The notes beneath the pieces are model-generated. The model ran no database searches. It was not told the origin of the DNA and worked only from the letters and a program-made list of their open reading frames with translations. 52,450 nt of DNA from positions 1 through 52,450 of the forward strand of contig CAWBZV010000023.1 of NCBI GenBank assembly GCA_963793305.1, written 5' to 3'. Numbering within the stretch: position 1 is the first letter of the stretch; each line of letters begins with the position of its first letter. Positions 41,046 to 51,654 of the stretch are shown one piece after another. This DNA is from an uncultured Gemmatimonadales bacterium. Lineage in GTDB: Bacteria > Gemmatimonadota > Gemmatimonadetes > Gemmatimonadales > Gemmatimonadaceae. A program made the position numbers and the translations under genes.

Positions 41046-41836
41046 TCGCCACCCACGGGGGTGTCGGGGCGGATGGCGCGATCCGTGTTGGATCGCGGCT
41101 CGCCGAACGGTTAGGCGTCGCGGCTCACGCGGTTATCGTGTACGAACCTCCGTCGGTGGTCGACGTTGGCGCGCTGCTACCGTACATGACGATACCGGCC
41201 GAAGAAGAGCGTGTGCGCGGGGCGCTCTTGGACGCGGTGGTCGAGCAACTCAGACGCTGTCAGGTCACGAACGTGACGCCGGCGGTGCGCTCGGGGTTCA
41301 TTGTGTGGGAGACGGTCACGGCCGCGCGGGCCGTCGGTGCTGACCTTATTGTCGCGGGTCTCGGACCTCATGACCTGACCGCGCGTGCGCTCGGCGGCGA
41401 AACGGCGCTGCGCCTGGCGCAAGACGCCAGCACGCCCGTGCTGGCGGTCCCTGCGGACGCCGCTGCGATACCGCGTCGGGCGCTCGTCGCCGTCGATTTC
41501 AGCCCGACCAGTCTGCGTGCGGCACACGTCGTGGCGGGGTGGTTGCGCGCCGGCGACGAGTTGCATCTGGCTCACGTCGCGCCGCCGCCGGCTCAGGACC
41601 GACTCGACGCCCTGCGGCGAGACCTGGCCATCTCCCCTGGGGTGGTGATGAGCACCACCGAGCTCGCCGGTTCACCCGCGAGCGCCCTGCTCGATGACGC
41701 CGGACGTACCGGCGCGGACGTGATTGCGCTCGGCAGCCATGGATATGGCCTGTGGAAGCGACTGCTGCTGGGCAGCGTCGCTTCCAAGGTTATCCGTCTC
41801 GCGACTACGTCCGTCCTTGTCGTGCCGGTGGCATGA
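41030..41836 (+). CDS. Universal stress protein (tandem Usp domains)
   Basis: ADLIVAGLG, LVAVDFS and GSHGYGLWKRLLLGSVA. Confidence 0.9.
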   Translation: MPAILIATHGGVGADGAIRVGSRLAERLGVAAHAVIVYEPPSVVDVGALLPYMTIPAEEERVRGALLDAVVEQLRRCQVTNVTPAVRSGFIVWETVTAARAVGADLIVAGLGPHDLTARALGGETALRLAQDASTPVLAVPADAAAIPRRALVAVDFSPTSLRAAHVVAGWLRAGDELHLAHVAPPPAQDRLDALRRDLAISPGVVMSTTELAGSPASALLDDAGRTGADVIALGSHGYGLWKRLLLGSVASKVIRLATTSVLVVPVA

Positions 41837-41843
41837 GGCCTCG

Positions 41844-43172
41844 TCACAAGGCCGACGGATACGTCTCCGGAATCTCGCCGCGCTCCCAGCGACCCGTCCG
41901 CTCGAGCGGCTCGACCGCGCGCGTGGTGTCGTAGTGCAGGACCGCATTGAACTGGCGCGGCAGCGACGCCACGAAATAGTGGCTCTGCCGCTCTGTTTCG
42001 GGGCGGTAGATCACGCCAATCGCGCGCTCAAGGCGGCGGCGCTCGAGCGCCTTTGCGGCGCCGGTTCCTGAACGCAGATCGAGTGCGAAGGCAGGTAAGC
42101 CCGTCGCGTGGAACAACGCTTCGTAGCTGTCGGGGAGGGCAGGGCGCACGTGCTTCCGTTCGGCGTTCGCGTCCCAATCGGAGGCCGCGGTCACCGTGCC
42201 GGTGTACGTCGTGAAGCCGATCGACCTCGCGCCATTGCCGTAGCGCTGCCGCGCCAGCTGTCCGATGTTCAACTCGCCCAATTCGCCCATCCCGGTGGCC
42301 CTGGCGTCGCCCACGTGAGAGTTGTGCGCCCACACGACGATCTTACCCTTCGTGTGTCCGCGCAGTACCTCCAAGGTCTCGGCCATGTGACCATCGCGGA
42401 GATTCCACGAACCGACGTGGTCGCGCACCATTGTGCGATAATAGGCCTCGGCGTTCTTGACGAGCCGGGCGTTCTGCTCCGCGTAGAAGAGGTCATCCCT
42501 TGCAATGCGGCCGTCGCGCGAGGCATAGACGCCGGCCGAGCGTCGAAGCTCGACCAGCTGTTGCACGACGGCGTTCTCGCACGAGGGGGTGAGTCCCATC
42601 GTCGCCGCGTAGCCGTACTCGGCGGGCTCAGGGCTGGCGTGATCGAAGCAGGCGTACCGCTGCGCCGCGCGCTTGGCCGCCTCTGGGTCGACGACGCGAA
42701 GGTAGGTGAGGACTGCGTCGATCGACGCGTGCAGGCTATAGAGATCAAGCCCATAGAAGCCGACCGGTGTGGCGTGTGGTCGCTCATCATTGTACTCGCG
42801 CAGCCAGCCGACGAAGTCGAGCACGTCCGCGTTCCGCCACATCCATTGCGGGAAGCGGCGAAATCCGCCGAGCGCCTCGGTCGCGTCCCCGTCATCATCG
42901 GCGCCCCGCACGTAGCGGTTGATGCGATAGGCGTCGGGCCAGTCGGCCTCGGCCGCCACGGCGACGAATCCTTTTTCTCGAATCAAGCGCTTCGTGATCT
43001 CAGCGCGGATCCGGTAGAACTCATGCGTGCCGTGCGATGCCTCGCCGATCAGGACGACGCTGGCGTGGGACACGACATTGAGCACGAGGTCGAAGTCGGC
43101 CGCGGTGCCGTGCAACCGCTCGGCGTGGTCGGCGACCGACTGCACCACGCCGCGAATGGTGGTCGCGCTCAT
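41844..43172 (-). CDS. Erythromycin esterase family protein
   Basis: IGEASHGTHEFY, EADWPDA, FYGLDLYS, VWAHNSH and ERAIGVIYRPETE. Confidence 0.92.
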   Translation of the reverse strand: MSATTIRGVVQSVADHAERLHGTAADFDLVLNVVSHASVVLIGEASHGTHEFYRIRAEITKRLIREKGFVAVAAEADWPDAYRINRYVRGADDDGDATEALGGFRRFPQWMWRNADVLDFVGWLREYNDERPHATPVGFYGLDLYSLHASIDAVLTYLRVVDPEAAKRAAQRYACFDHASPEPAEYGYAATMGLTPSCENAVVQQLVELRRSAGVYASRDGRIARDDLFYAEQNARLVKNAEAYYRTMVRDHVGSWNLRDGHMAETLEVLRGHTKGKIVVWAHNSHVGDARATGMGELGELNIGQLARQRYGNGARSIGFTTYTGTVTAASDWDANAERKHVRPALPDSYEALFHATGLPAFALDLRSGTGAAKALERRRLERAIGVIYRPETERQSHYFVASLPRQFNAVLHYDTTRAVEPLERTGRWERGEIPETYPSAL

Positions 43173-43847
43173 GGTGTCATCCTCCTGGCGAGCAACGCGC
43201 GGACCTCGTCGTCGCTGACCTGATCGAAGTATTCGTACCAGGCACCGACGGCGACGAACGGGTCGGGAGCCGCCAGCACGACGACCGAGTCGGCGACCGA
43301 CCGGAGTGACTCCACTGCGTCGGCCGATGCCACGGGCGCGGCGACGACGATGCGTTCGGGCGCGAGCTCGGTCAGCGCGACCACCGCGGCGTACATCGTC
43401 GAGCCGGTCGCCAACCCGTCGTCGACGATGATGACGGTCTTGCCCTTGATGTGCGGGAATGGTCGATCATCCCGGTAGGCGTGCTCGCGTCGGATGATCT
43501 CCTCTTGCTCCTCTTGCACGACCTGTTGGATCTGCGCCGGACGCAGCCCGAGGGTGTCGACGGCTTCGCGGTTCAGCACAATGGCGCCGTCGGAGGCCAA
43601 GGCCCCGAACGCGAATTCTTCGTGGCCCGGCACGCCGAGCTTCCGCACGAGGAAGACGTTGAGCGGTGCGTGCAGTGCGTCGGCGACCGCCGCCGCGACC
43701 GGTACGCCACCGCGCGGGAGGGCGAGCACAATGACATTCTGTGCGGTCCGCGTACTGAGTCAACTTCTGGCCGAGCGCCACACCGGCATCGAATCGATCG
43801 TGCAAGTAGACGCGACGGCCGCTGGATGTGAAGAATGATGTGGTCAT
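43169..43847 (-). CDS. Phosphoribosyltransferase family protein, frameshifted near 43740
   Basis: DRFDAG..L, then LALPRGGVPVA, VRKLGVPGHEE and IVDDGLATGST. Confidence 0.9.
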
Positions 43848-43902
43848 CGTAACCTCTCGGGCTCGTTACCTCGCGACTCCAAGGAACCAACGATCCGACG
43901 TA

Positions 43903-44691
43903 TCATGGTGCCACCAGCACCGAACATGGCGCCTGCTGCAACACTGATTCGACTACGGGACCCAGTCCGGCGTTCGGCCGCGCATGACGGCCGAGCGCGA
44001 TGAGGTCGACGCGCTCCCGGCGGGCGATGTCGACGAGTACGCGCGCGGCGTCGCCCACCGCGACCCGACTCGGGATCGAGGACCCCGGGCGATGCGGAAG
44101 CGCAGCGCGCGTTTGATCGAGCAGCTCGGTGGCCGCGCAGTCGTACGTCCGCCGCCAGACCTGGTAGATGTCCGGGGCCAGTTGAAGCGCGGGCGTCACG
44201 TGAATGAGCTCGGCGTGTCCGTCGGACTCGAGGAGCGAGAGCGCGACCTGATCGGCTTCGATGGTCGATCCGCCGAAATCGGCCGTGAGCATCACCCGTC
44301 CGATCGAGCCGCGCTCGGATGGCGATACGACGAGCACGGAACGACGCGCATACTGCACGATGTCCGCGGCCAGTCGATGATCTCCGGTGCCGAAGCCGAT
44401 CACCACCAGCGCCGCGCCCCACGTCTCGGCGGCGGCGGCAATGGCGGGCCCGATGGCTCCGCGGATCTCGTAGACCGGGATCGTGTCTTCGTTGCCGGCC
44501 ACGAGCGCGAGACGTTCCTTGATCTTCGCGATATCGGATGGCGCCACGGTGACGATGGTGGCTGGCACGCGCCACTGCTTGGCGAGCGCCAGTCCCATTC
44601 GTATCGTCACGATCGCGGCTGGGCCGGCGTTCGTCGCGATCAGCACGCCGGCTCGTCCATCGCATGGTTGCATCTTGTCGTTGGTGCTCAT
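43903..44691 (-). CDS. Universal stress protein
   Basis: GGAGG RBS; VMLTADF and DLIALGRH...CSVLVAP. Confidence 0.85.
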   Translation of the reverse strand: MSTNDKMQPCDGRAGVLIATNAGPAAIVTIRMGLALAKQWRVPATIVTVAPSDIAKIKERLALVAGNEDTIPVYEIRGAIGPAIAAAAETWGAALVVIGFGTGDHRLAADIVQYARRSVLVVSPSERGSIGRVMLTADFGGSTIEADQVALSLLESDGHAELIHVTPALQLAPDIYQVWRRTYDCAATELLDQTRAALPHRPGSSIPSRVAVGDAARVLVDIARRERVDLIALGRHARPNAGLGPVVESVLQQAPCSVLVAP

Positions 44692-44702
44692 TGTCGCCTC
44701 CT

Positions 44703-45629
44703 CTACTCCTTTTCCGTCGCTATCGGCGGTGCGATCAGCACGGAGCACTGTGCTTTCCGCAACACGCCTTCGGCGACGCTGCCGAGCGTCAGTCGATCGA
44801 ACAGGCCGCGACCGTGACTGCCGAGCGCGATCAAGTCGGCCCTATTCGCATTCGCGACTTCGAGGACGACCTTTTGGGTCTCGCCGTGCTCGAGGTGGGT
44901 CACGACTTTCGCGTTCGGTGGGAGCGGGAGCGAGCGAACCAACTCGTCGGCCAACGCCTGCACGCCGGCTTCGTAGACGTGGAACCACGTCGGCGCGCCG
45001 GAACCGCCCATATCCATCCACGGCCACGCATGCACCAGGTGCACCGTGACATCATCAGCGGCGAACGCCAACGCGAGTCTGGCCGCGCGCAGTGAGGCTG
45101 GGCTGAAATCCGTCGCGATGACGATCGAGCGCAGTACCGGTCGGCTCCCGGGCGACGCAGCGAGCACCGGTACTGACGTCCGGTGGAGGACGGCGATCGC
45201 GGGCTCGACGCCGAGCAGGCGGTCGATGGGGTCGTGGCGGCCAATGCCCATCGCGATAATCGTGGCGCCACGCGCCTTGGCTCGGCCGGCGATGCACTCG
45301 GCGGTGAGGCCTTCTTCGATGACCAGCGGGACATTATCGGCGTTGGCCGTACGGCGAAGCTGCGCTTGAACGGCCTCGGTCACGCCCTCCCGGCGTTGCC
45401 GATCGAGGTCGTAGGTACTCGAAGTGTACGCCAGGGCTTCAGAGGTCAGTGGCTCAAGGACCGTCAACGCCTCGATGGGGACCTGGCGCCGTGTGGCGAA
45501 TAGATGAGCAAGTCGTGCGGCCGGGTCGGAGCCGAGACCACCTTGTGTTGCCAACAGGACGCCGTCAGCGAGCGGCAGCTGGCCGGCCGCGACGGGCTTG
45601 GTTGAGATCAGCAGTTCGGCTGCGGGCAT
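44703..45629 (-). CDS. Universal stress protein (tandem Usp domains)
   Basis: IAMGIGRH...RLLG, IVIATDFS and GSHGRGLFDRLTLGSVAE. Confidence 0.9.
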   Translation of the reverse strand: MPAAELLISTKPVAAGQLPLADGVLLATQGGLGSDPAARLAHLFATRRQVPIEALTVLEPLTSEALAYTSSTYDLDRQRREGVTEAVQAQLRRTANADNVPLVIEEGLTAECIAGRAKARGATIIAMGIGRHDPIDRLLGVEPAIAVLHRTSVPVLAASPGSRPVLRSIVIATDFSPASLRAARLALAFAADDVTVHLVHAWPWMDMGGSGAPTWFHVYEAGVQALADELVRSLPLPPNAKVVTHLEHGETQKVVLEVANANRADLIALGSHGRGLFDRLTLGSVAEGVLRKAQCSVLIAPPIATEKE

Positions 45630-45671
45630 CGCGATATCCTCGTCAGAAGGGATTGATCGAGCGTCGACTGC

Positions 45672-45738
45672 AAGGTGCGCGACGCGACGAGGCGGGAGAG
45701 TCGGGCGAAGCCTTGAATCCTGTGAGGGATTACCGGAC
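45672..45738 (-). promoter_or_regulatory. Tandem operator boxes plus -10-like CACCTT
   Basis: GTCGGGC-GAA-GCCTTGA (45700), GTGAGGG-ATT-ACCGGAC (45722) and CACCTT on the minus strand at 45677-45672. Confidence 0.65.
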
Positions 45739-46197
45739 GGGGAGCACGACGAGCTCGCCAACCATTGACGGCAGGTGCGAGGGGATCGCGCACCGAAACG
45801 GGTAGAGCCCTGGTTCTTTGGCGACGTAGGTCGCGTGGGTAACGGACTGACCCGGCAGGCTCACGGCGATATCGGAAAGGACGAACGAGTGCGCGTCGTC
45901 TTCGGGATTGATGAAGGTCAGTGCCAGCGTGTCGCCCGTGTATACCGTGAGCGTGCTGGGCTCGAACGCGTACACTTCCTTGCCGTCGAGGACGCCACCC
46001 GTCGCGAAATCCTTGGCGAGAAACGGGTAGGTCGGCGCGAGCTCTTTGACGAGCAGCGGCACGGTCGTGATCGTGAACTGGCGCGTTCTCGGCGTGTACG
46101 CGCGGCCACAACCGATCACGAGTACGGCGAGCGCGAGCGCTCTTCTAGTTCCAAATCGAGCGAATGCGCGATGCGAGGGGGGAAGGTGCTGGTGCAT
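45730..46197 (-). CDS. Cupredoxin-domain lipoprotein
   Basis: Lipobox VIGC; FEPSTL, DAHSF and FRCAIPSHLPSM. The start is uncertain because it overlaps the BON gene. Confidence 0.8.
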   Translation of the reverse strand: MHQHLPPSHRAFARFGTRRALALAVLVIGCGRAYTPRTRQFTITTVPLLVKELAPTYPFLAKDFATGGVLDGKEVYAFEPSTLTVYTGDTLALTFINPEDDAHSFVLSDIAVSLPGQSVTHATYVAKEPGLYPFRCAIPSHLPSMVGELVVLPVR

Positions 46198-46621
46198 CCA
46201 TGGCATCGTTCAACCATACGCCTCGCACGCCCGGCACGGTAGCGACCGCCGCGCTGATTGCGTCGCGGTCGGTCGACCTGCCGAACACCCCGATGACCGT
46301 CACCTTGCCCTCTTCCACCTGGATGCGGAGCCGTTGGTGACCCTCGCGCGCGAGTAGCGCTAACACGTCGCTGGCGAGCGTCCGATCGGTCGGGCCCTCC
46401 GGGTACGATCGACGCGCGCGCAGGCGCTGGGCGATCGCCTGCACGTTGGGTACGCTCCAGATGGCGCGCTCGACGGCGGTGCGCTGATCGGGCGTATCGA
46501 CGACGCCACTCACCTGAACGATGCCATTCTCGACTTGGGTGTTCACGCTGGCAATGCCGGGTCCGAGCACGCGGCATACGGCGACGGTTACTTGCTCATG
46601 CAGTTGGCGATCGCGCGACAT
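46145..46621 (-). CDS. BON domain protein, paralog of 8095-8565
   Basis: AAGGAGG RBS; MSRDRQLHEQVTVAVCRVLG versus MSDDRRLHEQVLVAVCRELG. Confidence 0.88.
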   Translation of the reverse strand: MSRDRQLHEQVTVAVCRVLGPGIASVNTQVENGIVQVSGVVDTPDQRTAVERAIWSVPNVQAIAQRLRARRSYPEGPTDRTLASDVLALLAREGHQRLRIQVEEGKVTVIGVFGRSTDRDAISAAVATVPGVRGVWLNDAMDAPAPSPLASRIRSIWN

Positions 46622-46648
46622 CGGAACCTCCTTGAGAGATGTGTCTCC

Positions 46649-46825
46649 AGGATGACGCGCGCGGCACTCTCGTGGCGTCGGGTATTGCCTCACGCTGTGT
46701 CGGGAGACTCCCGGTCTCGAGCGGCGATCGGACGGCGCGCGCGCCAGCGCAGGCCCCGCAAGGGAATCCCTGACACACCGTCCGTGTAGCCCCTGACTTC
46801 GATTGCCGCGGCTCCGACCCAAGTT
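46649..46825. promoter_or_regulatory. Divergent promoter with two pairs of operator boxes
   Basis: Boxes at 46677 (GTCGGGT-ATT-GCCTCAC), 46699, 46758 (GCAAGGG-AAT-CCCTGAC) and 46781 (TCCGTGT-AGC-CCCTGAC). CATCCT on the minus strand (46654) and CAAGTT on the plus strand (46820). Confidence 0.7.
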
Positions 46826-46831
46826 TGAGCC

Positions 46832-47368
46832 ATGAGACACGCGCTCGCGGCACTGGGCCTCCTTCTCGCAGCGGCTGGCGTTCGGGGTCAGGATTCGACC
46901 GGGATCCATCCGATGGCTGTGGTCACGACCGGCATCGCGGCGCCGGTAGGGCCGTTGGCCGCCGAGGCGCGGGTCGCGCCGACCATATATGTCGGGCTGG
47001 CGTTTCACGCAGGTCGATCGCGGACGTCGTTCGAGATCGGACAGTCGTTCACGACATTCTCGACCGGTGGCGACCAGCATGCGTCTATCTCCGTTACCGC
47101 CATCACGGTCACGCGCGTCGTCCCGATCGCGTCGAAGCTCGAGACCTATGTGGCCCTCGGCCTGGGTCAGTCTTGGGCCACCGGCTCGGCGGTCGACACG
47201 CGCATTCTGCCGAACGCGTCCCATTTTGGCGTTGCTACGCTGGCGGGAACCGGTCTCCGATACGGTGGTCGCGTTGGGGGACTGCTGGCGATTCAGTACA
47301 TGGGACTCGTGCACAGTGGCTCGGTGCTCCAACTGATTCCCGTGCAGCTGGGCGTCAGCCTCCGCTGA
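46832..47368 (+). CDS. Putative small outer-membrane beta-barrel protein
   Basis: Signal peptide, alternating hydrophobic strands (YVALGLG, AGTGLRY) and the ending PVQLGVSLR. Confidence 0.6.
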   Translation: MRHALAALGLLLAAAGVRGQDSTGIHPMAVVTTGIAAPVGPLAAEARVAPTIYVGLAFHAGRSRTSFEIGQSFTTFSTGGDQHASISVTAITVTRVVPIASKLETYVALGLGQSWATGSAVDTRILPNASHFGVATLAGTGLRYGGRVGGLLAIQYMGLVHSGSVLQLIPVQLGVSLR

Positions 47369-47378
47369 ACCGCCGCAG

Positions 47379-47618
47379 TCAGTGCTGTTCCTCGCGTTCC
47401 CGCTCATCGAGCGTCCGACGGATCGTCGCCAGATCGGCGGTGGGGGACGGCGCGAGTCTCGTCTTCAGCGTGCGCAACAACCGCAAGCTGCGGGCGACGG
47501 CATCGCCCAGCCGATGCAGCAGTTGCCCGCGCGCCGCGACGTTGAGCAGCAGATCGGAGAGTCGCTCGAATTCTTCGGCTGCCACGATTGGTGCGGGTCC
47601 GACCCCGGTGGGCGTCAT
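47379..47618 (-). CDS. Hypothetical helical protein
   Basis: MTPTGVGPAPIVAAEEFERLSDLLL...; preceded by the box-like GTCCGCA-AAA-CCCCTAC (47644). Confidence 0.4.
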   Translation of the reverse strand: MTPTGVGPAPIVAAEEFERLSDLLLNVAARGQLLHRLGDAVARSLRLLRTLKTRLAPSPTADLATIRRTLDEREREEQH

Positions 47619-47656
47619 GCCGCGTTTCGTGGGCGCTGCGCTTGTCCGCAAAACCC

Positions 47657-48142
47657 CTACGCGACGGGAGGGGCGATCAGCACTGAACAATCCGCCGCGC
47701 GGAGCACGGCCTCCGCCACGCTGCCCAGCATCAGGCGATCGACGAAGCCCTTCCCATGGCTACCAAGCGTGACGAGATCCGCGTGATGCGTGACCGCGAT
47801 CGCGCGAATCACCCGGTGGGTCGCTCCGCGCTCGAGGTGAGTCGAGATCAAAGCTTTGGGTGGCAGATCGAGGCATCGAATCAGCTGATCGAATTTCGCC
47901 TGTACGCCGGCCCGGTAGACGTGGCGCCAGACCGGCGCACTGGACCCGCCGAGGTCCATCCAGGGCCACACATGCACGAGGTGCACGGCGGCGTCGTCTG
48001 CGGCGAGCGCCATGGCCAGCTGCGCGGCGTGTTGCGCGGCGGGACTGAAGTCGGTGGCGATCACGATTGACCGCATCGGGGCCACTGCTCTCGGTTGCGC
48101 GGCGAGCACCGGCACGGATGCGCAATGCAGCACGGCGATCGT
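47657..48142 (-). pseudogene. Universal stress protein, 5'-truncated paralog of 44703-45629
   Basis: IAVLHCASVPVLAA...IVIATDFS...WPWMDLGGSSAPVW...GSHGKGFVDRLMLGSVAE. Homology stops near 48142. Confidence 0.85.
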
Positions 48143-48149
48143 CTGTCCC

Positions 48150-48370
48150 GGCCGGAGTCGGCCGAGGCGTGGTGCGACAAATCCGAGGTGCGCCGAGCTG
48201 TCACCGAGCTGCCGCAGGACGAGCAGGAGATCGTCCGTCTGCATCATTTCGAAGGCCTTACGCACAAGCAGATCGCGGAGCGGTTGAAGCTACCAGCGGG
48301 AACAGTGAAGTCACGCTCCTTCAGGGCCCACACGCGCCTCGCCGCGCAGCTCGCCCATCTGCGGCCATGA
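48150..48370 (+). pseudogene. ECF sigma factor region 4 fragment
   Basis: VRRAVTELPQDEQEIVRLHHFEGLTHKQIAERLKLPAGTVKSRSFRA. Region 2 is absent. Confidence 0.8.
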
Positions 48371-49359
48371 ATCGTTGGCCTGCCCCACCACCATGCACGC
48401 CAAATTTGGCGTCCGACGGCCACCGACGAAGACTACCGCCGCTCACCTCACGGGCATGATCACGCTCGATCAAGCAGAGCGCTCGACTTCGAGCGAGTTT
48501 CGCCCCCTGGCACGGTTTCGGAATGTCCCGCTACGTTGAAGAGGGCCCGGAGTAGGCAGGAGATACGTGGGACGTCACTGCGTTTGAGCCAGGACAGTTC
48601 CCCAGGCGGCGCACAGTAGATCAGCAAGCAAGACGTCGCGCCGCTCGTCGTCGCTCGCGTCAATGTCGTCAACTACGCGCGCTACGAGCTCTGCGGCGGA
48701 TACACGGTCAAGGGGCCGACGATTGAATTCCATCATGTCACCCCCACTCGGCCGGTTGGCCTGCTTGCACTACACGCGCCGATCGAGCTGACAGATAGAG
48801 CTGATGCATGCCGGGTCGCTCGCGGCAGCGAGCCGTGGCCCGGGCGTCTGTGTCTGAGATGAGTTCATGATCGGACTACGTCTGGGAGAAGAAAACGGTT
48901 CGCACCGATCTTCACGCAGGTGCCCGCGCTACGGTGTGTAGGGTCGCGGCGAGAATGGCCGCGGAGCTGAAGACAAAGGGACAACTCGCTGAACGTTTGC
49001 AATTCATTTCGATCCTCCATCGCTTCTTGATCGTTCACTCACCGGTTGTGTGATGTGGACGCGATGAATGTGGTTGTCTGTCGCGGCCGCATAACCGAAG
49101 GCCGGTTGCAACACATGACAAATCGTTGCACTTATTCAGTGGACTTAGGCGGCTGCTCGTTCCCGTCCCGCGAGATCGAGAAAGAACTGTTGCAAACTGC
49201 GCGGCTCTCGCTCAAGAATCGCCTCGAGGACAACAGAATTTCCCCCCGGGAAACCGAATTCGTCGTAGTCGGTATACATACGCTTGAGCCCGTCACGCAA
49301 GGGCCCAGCGGGAATCTGTAACTATACCCCCGAAATCATCGAAGGGAGGATCGCACGCT

Positions 49360-49613
49360 TCCACAGCTTGACCAAGGATCGCGTCAGCCTGGCATACTCT
49401 TTCAAGTACTTTCAGGAATACAACGAGCCCATAGAATTACCGGCGGGTTTTGAGCCGACGCGCGTGGGTGTCGAGATTCATAGCGGCAGGGATGCCAATC
49501 ATAGTTTCCGGCAGGCCTTCGTCTGGAAGGCGCAAGGAATGTCGGTGGAAACGGAAGCGAACGGCGATATTCCGGGCAAAGGTGAAGCAGATGTTCAAAC
49601 CGAAACCGAGTAA
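49360..49613 (+). pseudogene. DUF6776-like protein C-terminal fragment
   Basis: YSFKYFQEYNEPIELPAGFEP..V...F.W, upstream of a bactofilin. The 5' part is missing. Confidence 0.65.
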
Positions 49614-50013
49614 GAAGGCAGAAATCGACACGCTGATCGGCGCGAAGACTCGGATCAACGGCGATGTCGAGTTCGTCGGCGGATTTCATCTCGACGGCCA
49701 TATCAACGGCAATGTTAAGAGCGAAGTGGGCAGCGGCGCCACGCTGTCGGTGAGCGAGCAGGGATGCATCGAGGGCTCGGTCGTCGTCACCAATATCGTG
49801 CTGAACGGCATCGTGAAAGGCGATATCGAGGCCGGCGATCGCGTCGAAATGGGTCCGAAAGCGCGCGTTCTCGGCAGTGTTCACTACACGACCATTGAAA
49901 CCGCCGTGGGCGCCCAAATTAATGGGAAATTGATCCATCGAACCGCAGCGGGGCCCGGGTCGGGCGATTCGGCCGGCGCGGCGGCGAACGCAAGTCGCAA
50001 AGAGGGTTCATAG
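49591..50013 (+). CDS. Bactofilin (polymer-forming cytoskeletal protein)
   Basis: [26 protein letters not shown] beta-helix repeats. Confidence 0.92.
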   Translation: MFKPKPSKKAEIDTLIGAKTRINGDVEFVGGFHLDGHINGNVKSEVGSGATLSVSEQGCIEGSVVVTNIVLNGIVKGDIEAGDRVEMGPKARVLGSVHYTTIETAVGAQINGKLIHRTAAGPGSGDSAGAAANASRKEGS

Positions 50014-50041
50014 CTTTGATTGGCGGCGGGCGACCTGTAGA

Positions 50042-50428
50042 ATGCCGCATGAGCACCACTTCCGAATCGACTCTGTCGCTGATGTCGCGCCGCAGATGCC
50101 GGATGTTCTGATCTTCACCGATGCTGCGGCCGGCAAGGTCGGCGAGCTGATCCGCGAAGAGGCGAACCCGAACCTGAAATTGCGCGTGTTCGTCTCGGGC
50201 GGCGGCTGCTCGGGGTTCCAATACGGCTTCACTTTCGACGAGAAAATCGAAGACGGCGACTTTTGCGTCGAAAAGCAGGGTGTGCAGCTGCTGGTCGATC
50301 CGATGAGCGCGCAATATCTGATGGGCGCGGAGATCGACTACAAAGAGGATCTGCAGGGCGCGCAGTTCGTCATTCGCAATCCCAACGCGAAAACTACCTG
50401 CGGCTGCGGGTCTTCATTCGCGGCTTAG
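50042..50428 (+). CDS. erpA: Iron-sulfur cluster insertion protein ErpA
   Basis: [21 protein letters not shown] and [14 protein letters not shown]. Confidence 0.93.
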   Translation: MPHEHHFRIDSVADVAPQMPDVLIFTDAAAGKVGELIREEANPNLKLRVFVSGGGCSGFQYGFTFDEKIEDGDFCVEKQGVQLLVDPMSAQYLMGAEIDYKEDLQGAQFVIRNPNAKTTCGCGSSFAA

Positions 50429-50437
50429 AAGTTTTAG

Positions 50438-51344
50438 ATGAGCGGCGGTCGAGTCGTGCCCGACGTGCTCGCCGCCGTCGATTTGGGCTCCAACAGCTTC
50501 CACATGGTCGTCGCGCGCTATTCGCACGGCCAGCTCGTCATCCTCGATCGATTGCGCGAAATGGTGCGCTTGGCCGCCGGCTTGGGCGACAGCGGCCGTC
50601 TCGACGATACCGCGACCGAGCGCGCGTTGCGCTGCCTCGAAAGATTCGGCCAGCGCTTGCGCGCGATGCGCGCGGACAGCGTGCGCGTCGTCGGCACCAA
50701 TGCGTTGCGCCGTGCGAAGCGCAAGCGTTGGTTCTTGGAACGCGCCCGCGCCGCGCTCGGCCACCCGATTGAAATCATCTCCGGATTGGAAGAGGCGCGT
50801 CTGATTTACTCCGGCGTCGCACATACGAGTCCCATGAGCCCGGACAAGCGCCTGGTCATCGACATCGGCGGCGGATCGACCGAAATCGTCATCGGCGAGG
50901 GATTTGATCCCCTTTTGCTCGAGAGCCTGTCGGTGGGCTGCGTGGGGTTGAGCTCCAGCTTCTTCGACGACGGCAGAATCTCGGCGAAGCGCTTGGAACG
51001 AGCGCGTACCGCGGTCAGATTGGAGCTCGAGCCAGTGCAAGAAGCCTATCGCAAAATGGGATGGCTGCAGGCGTTCGGCAGTTCCGGCAGCGTACGCGTC
51101 ATCAGCGACGTGCTGCATCGCCTAAACCCTGATTCGCCGCACGTCACGCTGGACAACTTGAACGCCCTCGCGGAGCGCGTCGTCGCCGCGGGCCATGTCG
51201 ATGAGCTCGATTTGCCCGATGTGGACGCGGAGCGCGCGCCGGTGTTTCCAGCGGGATTGGCGATACTGCTGGAAGTGGTTGAGAACTTCAGCATTGATCG
51301 GGTCCGCGTGGCCGAAGGCGCGATGCGCGAGGGACTGCTCTACG
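50438..51344 (+). CDS. ppx: Exopolyphosphatase (Ppx/GppA), truncated at a junction
   Basis: AVDLGSNSFHM, ISGLEEARL, DIGGGSTE and MREGLLY, then unrelated lower-GC sequence. Confidence 0.88.
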
Positions 51345-51654
51345 TGACAGGCCTGACGTTTGCAGAAGCGGTAACTAGAAGAAGAAAGAGTGCCGTAATC
51401 CGCATTCCTTATCCGTGGCTATCCTCGCACAAGGTTTAGTTGGGGAATTTCCAGGAAGCAGCATTCTTTCACTAAACTACAAATATCCCTGGCTTCCGCC
51501 TTCCGGACTTTCCATCCTCCATACCCCTCTACCATAGCTTGATCGCCAACAAAATCGTCCATCGCTTTCAGTAACATCGTAATCTTCATCACCTCCGGCG
51601 CAAGCAAGAAGCAAGCAGGCTACAGCTTCAGCATTTCGAATAAAGCTCTTCAAC

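Noticed and set aside
41844..43172. Macrolide resistance island (ere plus macAB)
   Set aside because: The esterase is the PRTase-associated Rv2030c-like type, and MacAB-family substrates are diverse. The sequence does not support a resistance call.
47657..48265. 202-aa full-length USP
   Set aside because: The first approximately 40 residues are the antisense of the ECF sigma fragment across the junction.
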